DNA from: a virus
Lineage: Duplodnaviria > Heunggongvirae > Uroviricota > Caudoviricetes
Strand: one strand, 5' to 3'
DNA: 32,076 nucleotides
IMG/VR virus record: IMGVR_UViG_2802429236_000001
Location: 1-32,076 of that record
A model generated the notes under the pieces. The model was not told the origin of the DNA and ran no database searches. It was given only the letters and a program-made list of their open reading frames with translations. Shown here piece by piece: positions 24,833 through 32,076 of this stretch. The stretch's first letter is position 1. Each line of letters starts with the position of its first letter. Both the position numbers and the translations under genes were made by a program.

Positions 24833-25576
24833 ATGACACAGACAGAATCAGCGATTCTGGCGCACGCCCGGCGATGTGCGCCAGCGGAGTCGTGCGGCTT
24901 CGTGGTGAGAACGCCGGAGGGGGAAAGATATTTTCCCTGCGTGAATATCTCCGGTGAGCCGGAGGCGTATTTCCGGATGTCGCCGGAGGACTGGCTGCGG
25001 GCAGAGATGCAGGGTGAGATTGTGGCGCTGGTCCACAGCCACCCCGGTGGTCTGCCCTGGCTGAGTGAGGCTGACAGGCGGCTGCAGGTGCAGAGCGATT
25101 TGCCTTGGTGGCTGGTCTGCCGGGGTGAGATTCATAAATTCCGCTGTGTGCCGCATCTTACCGGGCGGCGCTTTGAGCACGGGGTGACGGACTGTTACAC
25201 GCTGTTCCGGGATGCTTATCATCTGGCGGGGATTGAGATGCCGGATTTTCATCGCGGGGATGACTGGTGGCGTCACGGTCAGAATCTCTATCTGGATAAT
25301 CTGGAGGCCACAGGGCTGTATCAGGTGCCGTTGTCAGCGGCGCAGCCGGGCGATGTGCTGCTGTGCTGTTTTGGTTCATCGGTGCCGAATCATGCCGCCA
25401 TTTACTGTGGTGACGGCGAGCTGCTGCACCATATTCCTGAACAACTGAGCAAACGAGAGAGGTATACCGACAAATGGCAGCGACGCACACACTCCCTCTG
25501 GCGTCACCGGGCATGGCACGCATCTGCCTTTACGGGGATTTGCAACGATTTGGCCGCCGCATCGACCTTCGTGTGA
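24833..25576 (+). CDS. K: Tail tip assembly protein K (lambda gpK-like; MPN/JAMM plus NlpC/P60-like domains)
   Basis: HSHPGG...SEAD JAMM-like motif and a downstream Cys/His region. An internal start (Met 49, near 24977) is possible. The 3' end overlaps gene I by about 100 bp, as in lambda. Confidence 0.75.
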   Translation: MTQTESAILAHARRCAPAESCGFVVRTPEGERYFPCVNISGEPEAYFRMSPEDWLRAEMQGEIVALVHSHPGGLPWLSEADRRLQVQSDLPWWLVCRGEIHKFRCVPHLTGRRFEHGVTDCYTLFRDAYHLAGIEMPDFHRGDDWWRHGQNLYLDNLEATGLYQVPLSAAQPGDVLLCCFGSSVPNHAAIYCGDGELLHHIPEQLSKRERYTDKWQRRTHSLWRHRAWHASAFTGICNDLAAASTFV

Positions 25577-26121
25577 AAACGGGGGCCGAAGCCATCCGGG
25601 CGCTGGCCACACAGCTCCCGGCGTTTCGTCAGAAACTGAATGACGGCTGGTATCAGGTGCGCATTGCCGGGCGTGATGCAGGTGAAACCGAATTATCTGC
25701 CCGTCTTAATGAGCCGCTGGCAAATGGTGCCGTGATCCATATCGTGCCGCGTCTGGCGGGAGCTAAAAGTGGCGGTGTATTTCAGGTGGTGCTGGGGGCG
25801 GCGTTGATTGCGGTGGCATGGTGGAACCCTGTGGGCTGGCTGGGTGCCGCGGCTGTATCGGGCATGTATGCGGCAGGGGCCAGTATGATCCTGGGCGGTG
25901 TGGCGCAGATGCTGGCACCGAAAGCCAGGACGTCCACGGCAGCCAGTACAGATAACGGCAAACAGAACACCTATTTTTCCTCACTGGATAACATGGTTGC
26001 TCAGGGCAATGTTTTGCCTGTTCTGTACGGTGAAATGCGTGTGGGGTCGCGGGTGGTTTCTCAGGAGATCAGCACGGCAGACGAAGGGGATGGTGGTCAG
26101 GTTGTGGTGATTGGTCGCTGA
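25474..26121 (+). CDS. I: Tail tip assembly protein I (lambda gpI-like)
   Basis: 215 aa; both N-terminus (MAATHTLPLASPGMARICLYGDLQRFGRRIDLRVKTGAEAIRALATQLPAFRQKL) and C-terminus match lambda I as recalled. Confidence 0.8.
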   Translation: MAATHTLPLASPGMARICLYGDLQRFGRRIDLRVKTGAEAIRALATQLPAFRQKLNDGWYQVRIAGRDAGETELSARLNEPLANGAVIHIVPRLAGAKSGGVFQVVLGAALIAVAWWNPVGWLGAAAVSGMYAAGASMILGGVAQMLAPKARTSTAASTDNGKQNTYFSSLDNMVAQGNVLPVLYGEMRVGSRVVSQEISTADEGDGGQVVVIGR

Positions 26122-26139
26122 TGCAAAATGTTTTATGTG

Positions 26140-26165
26140 AAACCGCCTGCGGGCGGTTTTGTCGT
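26140..26165 (+). terminator. Terminator-like hairpin between I and J
   Basis: AAACCGCC-tgcg-GGCGGTTT followed by TGTCGTTTAT (imperfect T-run). Confidence 0.35.
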
Positions 26166-26181
26166 TTATGGAGCATGACGA

Positions 26182-29100
26182 ATGGGTAAAGGCAGCAGTA
26201 AGGGGCATACCCCGCGCGAAGCGAAGGACAACCTGAAATCCACGCAGTTGCTGAGTGTGATCGATGCCATCAGCGAAGGGCCGGTTGAAGGTCCGGTGGA
26301 TGGATTAAAAAGCGTGCTGCTGAACAGTACACCGGTGCTGGACAGTGAGGGGAATACCAACATCTCCGGTGTCACGGTGGTGTTCCGGGCAGGTGAGCAG
26401 GAACAGACACCGCCAGAGGGATTTGAATCATCAGGTTCTGAGACGGTACTGGGTACGGAAGTGAAATACGACACGCCGATCACCCGGACTATCACGTCTG
26501 CAAACATCGACCGTCTGCGCTTTACCTTCGGTGTGCAGGCACTGGTGGAAACCACCTCAAAGGGTGACAGGAATCCGTCGGAGGTCCGCCTGCTGGTTCA
26601 GATACAGCGTAACGGTGGCTGGGTGACAGAAAAAGACATCACCATTAAGGGCAAAACCACGTCGCAGTATCTGGCCTCGGTGGTGGTGGATAACCTGCCG
26701 CCGCGCCCGTTCAATATCCGGATGCGCAGGATGACACCGGACAGCACCACAGACCAGCTGCAGAACAAAACGCTCTGGTCGTCATACACCGAAATTATCG
26801 ATGTGAAACAGTGCTACCCGAACACGGCACTGGTCGGCGTGCAGGTGGACTCGGAGCAGTTCGGCAGCCAGCAGGTGAGCCGTAATTATCATCTGCGCGG
26901 GCGTATTCTGCAGGTGCCGTCGAATTATAACCCGCAGACGCGGCAATACAACGGTATCTGGGACGGGACGTTTAAACCGGCATACAGCAACAACATGGCC
27001 TGGTGTCTGTGGGATATGCTGACCCACCCGCGCTACGGCATGGGGAAACGTCTTGGTGCGGCGGATGTGGATAAATGGGCGCTGTATGTCATCGGCCAGA
27101 ATTGCGACCAGTCGGTGCCGGATGGCTTTGGTGGCACGGAGCCGCGTATTACCTGTAATGCGTACCTGACCACGCAGCGCAAGGCGTGGGATGTGCTCAG
27201 TGATTTCTGCTCGGCGATGCGCTGTATGCCGGTATGGAACGGGCAGACGCTGACGTTTGTGCAGGACCGGCCATCGGATAAGGTGTGGACCTATAACCGC
27301 AGTAATGTGGTGATGCCGGATGATGGCGCGCCGTTCCGCTACAGCTTCAGCGCCCTGAAAGACCGCCATAATGCCGTTGAGGTGAACTGGATTGACCCGA
27401 ACAACGGCTGGGAGACGGCGACAGAGCTTGTGGAGGATACGCAGGCCATTGCCCGTTACGGTCGTAACGTCACGAAGATGGATGCTTTTGGCTGTACCAG
27501 CCGGGGGCAGGCACACCGCGCCGGGCTGTGGCTGATTAAAACAGAACTGCTGGAAACGCAGACCGTGGACTTCAGCGTGGGCGCAGAAGGGCTTCGCCAT
27601 GTGCCGGGCGATGTCATTGAAATCTGTGATGATGACTATGCCGGTATCAGCACCGGCGGGCGCGTGCTGGCGGTAAACAGCCAGACCCGGACGCTGACGC
27701 TCGACCGTGAAATCACGCTGCCATCCTCCGGCACCACGCTGATAAGCCTGGTTGACGGAAGTGGCAATCCGGTCAGCGTGGAGGTTCAGTCCGTCACCGA
27801 CGGCGTGAAGGTAAAAGTGAGCCGGGTTCCTGACGGTGTTGCTGAATACAGCGTATGGGGGCTGAAGCTGCCGACGCTGCGCCAGCGACTGTTCCGCTGC
27901 GTGAGTATCCGTGAAAACGACGACGGCACGTATGCCATCACCGCCGTGCAGCATGTGCCGGAAAAAGAGGCCATCGTGGATAACGGGGCGCACTTTGACG
28001 GCGAACAGAGTGGCACGGTGAATGGTGTCACGCCGCCAGCGGTGCAGCACCTGACCGCAGAAGTCACTGCAGACAGCGGGGAATACCAGGTGCTGGCGCG
28101 CTGGGATACGCCGAAGGTGGTGAAGGGTGTGAGCTTTATGCTTCGCCTGACCGTGGCAGCGGATGACGGCAGTGAGCGGCTGGTCAGCACGGCCCGGACG
28201 ACGGAAACCACATACCGCTTCAGGCAGCTGGCGCTGGGAAGCTACAGGCTGACAGTCCGGGCGGCAAATGCCTGGGGGCAGCAGGGCGATCCTGCATCGG
28301 TATCGTTCCGGATTGCCGCACCGGCAGCGCCGTCGCGGATTGAGCTGACGCCGGGCTATTTTCAGATAACCGCCACGCCCCATCTTGCCGTTTATGATCC
28401 GACGGTACAGTTTGAGTTCTGGTTCTCGGAAAAGCGGATTGCGGATATCAGGCAGGTTGAAACTACAGCCCGCAATCTTGGCACGGCGCTGTACTGGATA
28501 GCTGCCAGTATCAATATCAAACCGGGCCATGATTATTATTTTTATATCCGCAGTGTGAATACTGTTGGCAAATCGGCATTCGTGGAGGCTGTCGGTCGGG
28601 CGAGCGATGATGCGGAAGGTTACCTGGATTTTTTCAAAGGCCAGATAACCGAATCCCATCTCGGCAAGGAGCTGCTGGAAAAAGTCGAGCTGACGGAGGA
28701 TAACGCCAGCAAACTGGAGGAGTTCTCGAAAGAGTGGAAGGACGCCAACGATAAATGGAATGCCATGTGGGGCGTCAAAATTGAGCAGACCGAAGACGGC
28801 AGGCATTATGTCGCGGGGCTTGGCCTCAGCATGGAGGATACGGAGGAAGGCAAACTGAGCCAGTTTCTGGTTGCCGCTAACCGTATCGCGTTTATTGACC
28901 CGGCAAACGGGAATGAAACTCCGATGTTTGTGGCGCAGGGCAACCAGATATTCATGAACGACGTGTTCCTGAAGCGCCTGACGGCCCCCACCATTACCAG
29001 TGGTGGCAGTCCTCCGGTATTTTCCCTGACATCAGACGGAAAGCTGACCGCTAAAAATGCGGATATCAGCGGTAACGTGAATGCGAACTCCGGGACGCTC

Positions 29101-29577
29101 AACAACGTCACGATTAACGAGAACTGCCGGGTTCTGGGAAAACTGTCCGCGAACCAGATTGAAGGCGATCTCGTTAAAACAGTGGGCAAAGCTTTCCCCC
29201 GGGACTCCCGTGCACCGGAACGGTGGCCATCAGGGACCATTACCGTCAGGATTTATGACGATCAGCCGTTTGACCGGCAGATTGTTATTCCGGCGGTGGC
29301 ATTCAGCGGCGCTAAACATGAGAGAGAGCATACTGATCTTTACTCCTCATGCCGTCTGATAGTGCGGAAAAACGGTGCTGAAATTTATAACCGTACCGCG
29401 CTGGATAATACGCTGATTTACAGTGGCGTTATTGATATGCCTGCCGGTCACGGTCACATGACGCTGGAGTTTTCGGTGTCAGCATGGCTGGTAAATGACT
29501 GGTATCCCACAGCAAGTATCAGCGATTTGCTGGTTGTGGTGATGAAGAAAGCCACTGCAGGCATCACGATTAGCTGA
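26182..29577 (+). CDS. J: Central tail fibre / host specificity protein J (lambda gpJ-like)
   Basis: 1131 aa; N-terminus [44 protein letters not shown] and overall length match lambda J. The long antisense ORF 26782..28806 is an artefact. Confidence 0.9.
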   Translation: MGKGSSKGHTPREAKDNLKSTQLLSVIDAISEGPVEGPVDGLKSVLLNSTPVLDSEGNTNISGVTVVFRAGEQEQTPPEGFESSGSETVLGTEVKYDTPITRTITSANIDRLRFTFGVQALVETTSKGDRNPSEVRLLVQIQRNGGWVTEKDITIKGKTTSQYLASVVVDNLPPRPFNIRMRRMTPDSTTDQLQNKTLWSSYTEIIDVKQCYPNTALVGVQVDSEQFGSQQVSRNYHLRGRILQVPSNYNPQTRQYNGIWDGTFKPAYSNNMAWCLWDMLTHPRYGMGKRLGAADVDKWALYVIGQNCDQSVPDGFGGTEPRITCNAYLTTQRKAWDVLSDFCSAMRCMPVWNGQTLTFVQDRPSDKVWTYNRSNVVMPDDGAPFRYSFSALKDRHNAVEVNWIDPNNGWETATELVEDTQAIARYGRNVTKMDAFGCTSRGQAHRAGLWLIKTELLETQTVDFSVGAEGLRHVPGDVIEICDDDYAGISTGGRVLAVNSQTRTLTLDREITLPSSGTTLISLVDGSGNPVSVEVQSVTDGVKVKVSRVPDGVAEYSVWGLKLPTLRQRLFRCVSIRENDDGTYAITAVQHVPEKEAIVDNGAHFDGEQSGTVNGVTPPAVQHLTAEVTADSGEYQVLARWDTPKVVKGVSFMLRLTVAADDGSERLVSTARTTETTYRFRQLALGSYRLTVRAANAWGQQGDPASVSFRIAAPAAPSRIELTPGYFQITATPHLAVYDPTVQFEFWFSEKRIADIRQVETTARNLGTALYWIAASINIKPGHDYYFYIRSVNTVGKSAFVEAVGRASDDAEGYLDFFKGQITESHLGKELLEKVELTEDNASKLEEFSKEWKDANDKWNAMWGVKIEQTEDGRHYVAGLGLSMEDTEEGKLSQFLVAANRIAFIDPANGNETPMFVAQGNQIFMNDVFLKRLTAPTITSGGSPPVFSLTSDGKLTAKNADISGNVNANSGTLNNVTINENCRVLGKLSANQIEGDLVKTVGKAFPRDSRAPERWPSGTITVRIYDDQPFDRQIVIPAVAFSGAKHEREHTDLYSSCRLIVRKNGAEIYNRTALDNTLIYSGVIDMPAGHGHMTLEFSVSAWLVNDWYPTASISDLLVVVMKKATAGITIS

Positions 29578-29595
29578 ATTTTATAACCCAGATAC

Positions 29596-29620
29596 GGGCG
29601 CCAGAAATGGCGCCTTTTTT
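29596..29620 (+). terminator. Intrinsic terminator after J
   Basis: GGCGCC-agaaat-GGCGCC palindromic stem followed by TTTTTT. Confidence 0.7.
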
Positions 29621-29635
29621 ATTTGTGGAGTGAAT

Positions 29636-31696
29636 ATGGCAGTACAGATTTCAGGTGTGCTGAAAGATGGTGCGGGAAAACCAATACAGAACTGCACTAT
29701 TCAACTGAAGGCAAAGCGTAACAGCACCACGGTACTGGTGAACACGGTGGCCTCTGAAAATCCGGATGAAGCCGGGCGTTACAGCATGGATGTTGAGCAT
29801 GGCCAGTACAGCGTCACCCTGCTGGTTGAAGGTTTTCCGCCTTCACATGCCGGAACCATTACCGTCTATGAAGGTTCCAGACCTGGTACGCTGAATGATT
29901 TTCTCGGTGCCATGACGGAAGATGATGTCATGCCGGAGGCATTGCGTCGTTTTGAGGCAATGGTGGAAGAAGTGGCACGCAACGCCGAAGCCGCCTCTCA
30001 GAGCGCAGCGGCGGCAAAAAAATCCGAAACGGCTGCGGCATCATCGAAGAACGCGGCGAAAACCTCAGAGACGAATTCAGCCAACAGCGAGAAAGCTGCT
30101 GCATCTTCTAAAACAGCATCAGAAAAAGCAGCAACAGCAGCATCACTTTCAGAGGCTAATGCCCGGGCGTCAGAGGAGAAATCTGCAGAAAATGCTGACG
30201 CAGCACATCGTGAAGCATTATCAGCGACAACTGCGGCTAAAACTGCCACCACAAAAGCGCAGGAGGCCGCAGCAGAGGCAACAAAGGCCGGGCAGAAAAA
30301 GGATGAAGCCGTCGCGGCGGCGACACGTTCGGAAGCGGCGGCAGACCGCGCAGAAGCTGCAGCGGAAGTGACTGTAAAACCATATGTGAATATAGTTCCG
30401 CCGCTGCCTGATGTCTGGATTCCGTTTAATGATTCACTGGATATGATTACGGGCTTTTCGCCGTCATATAAAAGGATTGTTATTGGCGACGATGAAATAA
30501 CAATGCCTGGCGACAAGATTGTAAAGTTTAAACGCGCATCAAAAGCAACCTATATTAATAAATCTGGTGTGCTGACAGAGGCTGCCATTGACGAGCCACG
30601 ATTTGAACGTGATGGCCTGCTTATTGAGGGGCAAAGAACGAACTTCTTCCCGAACAGTACAGACCCTTTGAAGTGGAATAAGTCAACTTCACTGGACGTT
30701 ACAGAAACAGGCACAGATAGTTTCGGTTTTAATTATGGCCGGTTTGTCGTACAGGATTCGATTGTTGGCACAAGTAAAGCGCATACCATTATAGGGCTGT
30801 ATTCAAGTACCGGAGGGGTTGATACTTCAGGTGACGAAAAGTATGTAACTATATCCTGTCGGGTAAAAAGTGAAGTTGATAATATCGCCGTTCGTATTTT
30901 ATTTGAACATTATGATGGGGAAGTAAGGACATCAATAGGAACAGCAAGCCTGAACCTTACCACCCGCATAATTAGCAAGACGGGTCAGACAAGCCGTGTT
31001 ACAGCAAGGTCTGTTAAGGATGATGCAACTGGCTGGATATTTTTTGAGGCTACATTAAAAGCAGATACAACAGAAAATACGGTTGGTGGTTTCGTCCAGT
31101 ATTCTCCGGATACAGGTCAGATGGTGGCATCAGGGGATTGTCTCGATGTAACCACTCCCCAGATTGAGGCTGGTACAGGCGCATCATCTTTTATTGTTAC
31201 GGGGGCTGCACCGGTAACACGGGCAAGCGATATAGTTACAGTCCCAATTAAGAATAATCTTTATAATCTTCCTTTTACGGTTCTTTGTGAGGTACATAAG
31301 AACTGGTATAAAACGCCAAATGCAGCACCGCGTGTTTTTGATACCGGCGGTCATCAAACCGGAGCGGCTATTATTCTTGGCTTCGGTTCTTCAGCAGATT
31401 ACGACGGATTTCCTTATTGCGATATTGGTGGGTCTAACAGACGGATAAACGAAAATGCATCACTTGAAAAAATGGTTATGGGGATGCGTGTAAAGTCTGA
31501 TCAGTCTACATGCGCAGTAAGTAACGGGCGTATATCCAGCGAAACAAAAACCACATGGTCCTATATTCAGAGCACCGCAATTATCCGTATTGGAGGCCAG
31601 ACTACAGCCGGGTTACGTCATTTATTTGGTCATGTCAGGAATTTCAGAATATGGCACAAGGCATTGACTGATGCTCAGGTGGGGGAGTCAATCTAA
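29636..31696 (+). CDS. stf: Side tail fibre protein (lambda Stf-like N-terminus, Ala-rich shaft, divergent AT-rich C-terminal domain)
   Basis: ATG 5 nt after GGAG. The first ~115 aa (MAVQISGVLKDGAGKPIQNCTIQLKAKRNSTTV...GFPPSHAGTITVYEGSRPGTLNDFL) match the lambda Stf N-terminus. Residues ~120-240 are a low-complexity Ala/Ser/Glu/Lys region. The C-terminal ~440 aa are unrelated to lambda Stf and visibly AT-richer. Confidence 0.8.
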   Translation: MAVQISGVLKDGAGKPIQNCTIQLKAKRNSTTVLVNTVASENPDEAGRYSMDVEHGQYSVTLLVEGFPPSHAGTITVYEGSRPGTLNDFLGAMTEDDVMPEALRRFEAMVEEVARNAEAASQSAAAAKKSETAAASSKNAAKTSETNSANSEKAAASSKTASEKAATAASLSEANARASEEKSAENADAAHREALSATTAAKTATTKAQEAAAEATKAGQKKDEAVAAATRSEAAADRAEAAAEVTVKPYVNIVPPLPDVWIPFNDSLDMITGFSPSYKRIVIGDDEITMPGDKIVKFKRASKATYINKSGVLTEAAIDEPRFERDGLLIEGQRTNFFPNSTDPLKWNKSTSLDVTETGTDSFGFNYGRFVVQDSIVGTSKAHTIIGLYSSTGGVDTSGDEKYVTISCRVKSEVDNIAVRILFEHYDGEVRTSIGTASLNLTTRIISKTGQTSRVTARSVKDDATGWIFFEATLKADTTENTVGGFVQYSPDTGQMVASGDCLDVTTPQIEAGTGASSFIVTGAAPVTRASDIVTVPIKNNLYNLPFTVLCEVHKNWYKTPNAAPRVFDTGGHQTGAAIILGFGSSADYDGFPYCDIGGSNRRINENASLEKMVMGMRVKSDQSTCAVSNGRISSETKTTWSYIQSTAIIRIGGQTTAGLRHLFGHVRNFRIWHKALTDAQVGESI

Positions 31697-31935
31697 TGAA
31701 AGATTTAACACTCAAATTTGCCGACAGGGCCGACTTTTCGGCCTTTATGAAGAGTATTGGCTATTATGATGACGAGTCGATGCAGGATGATATTCTTATT
31801 GACGTGATAGGTAACGTGTACAAAGAAACCGGAGAACTGACTGAAGATGGCGAACCGGTATGTGTTAAGGAAGACGGATATTTTGTAAACGTGCGCATCA
31901 TTAATGATGTGAAAACACCTAGACTGGCCCCCTGA
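31696..31935 (+). pseudogene. ORF downstream of stf truncated by IS2 insertion (possible tail fibre assembly/chaperone gene; identity unknown)
   Basis: ATG overlaps the stf stop. The native reading frame runs into the IS2 left end at about 31920, and the last 5 codons plus stop are encoded by IS2 sequence. Confidence 0.45.
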
Positions 31936-32076
31936 ATCTCCAGACAACCAATATCACTTAAATAAGTGATAGTCTTAATACTAGTTTTTAGACTAGTCAT
32001 TGGAGAGCAGATGATTGATGTCTTAGGACCGGAGAAACGCAGACGGCGTACTACACAGGAAAAGATCGCTATTGTT
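31920..32076 (+). mobile_element. IS2 (IS3 family), left end, partial; continues beyond the window
   Basis: Sequence from 31920 (TAGACTGGCCCCCTGAATCTCCAGACAACCAATATCACTTAAATAAGTGATAG...) matches the IS2 left terminus as I recall it, followed by the start of its first ORF. Confidence 0.75.
32011..32076 (+). CDS. insC: IS2 transposase OrfA (InsC), N-terminal 22 codons only
   Basis: [22 protein letters not shown] is the IS2 InsC N-terminus; RBS GGAGAG upstream. Truncated by the window edge. Confidence 0.75.

Noticed and set aside
26782-28806. 674-aa minus-strand ORF
   Set aside because: It lies entirely antisense within the J gene, whose sense-strand product is confidently lambda J-like. A long antisense open frame is expected in GC-rich coding DNA. 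The protein is Arg/Pro/His-rich and of low complexity.
29922-30516. Overlapping ORFs (+ strand 149 aa, highly basic; - strand 172 aa, Ala-rich) inside the stf shaft region
   Set aside because: Frame artefacts of the repetitive Ala-codon DNA; the in-frame Stf reading is continuous and homologous at its N-terminus.

Overview
About 32 kb of a mosaic lambdoid prophage, probably from an E. coli-like enterobacterium, with every supported gene on the + strand in canonical phage order. Early/accessory region: Rha regulator, replication initiator with internal iterons, PerC-like regulator, Dam-like N6A methyltransferase, LexA-DNA-binding-domain-only protein, RusA resolvase, KilA-N protein, DUF968 protein. 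Then the Q antiterminator with a candidate pR'/tR' pair, and a rearranged lysis cassette: two membrane proteins, a GH19 endolysin, an AT-rich methyltransferase moron, a frameshifted remnant of a lambda-type R gene, and lambda-type Rz/Rz1. After an accessory hotspot come HNH endonuclease, a cos-like region, TerS/TerL, an HK97-type head (portal, prohead protease, major capsid), head-tail joining genes, and a lambda/HK97-type tail (major tail protein with Ig-like C-terminus, G and G-T via a -1 frameshift, a membrane zinc-ribbon moron, tape measure, M, L, K, I, J, side tail fibre). The window ends in the left end of an IS2 copy that truncates the last phage ORF. No rRNA, tRNA or CRISPR array was seen. 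I found no recognisable complete defence system; the most system-like candidates are three low-GC moron cassettes, described in the findings. All homology statements come from reading the translations against remembered protein families, not from database searches, and coordinates of short motifs are hand-counted.
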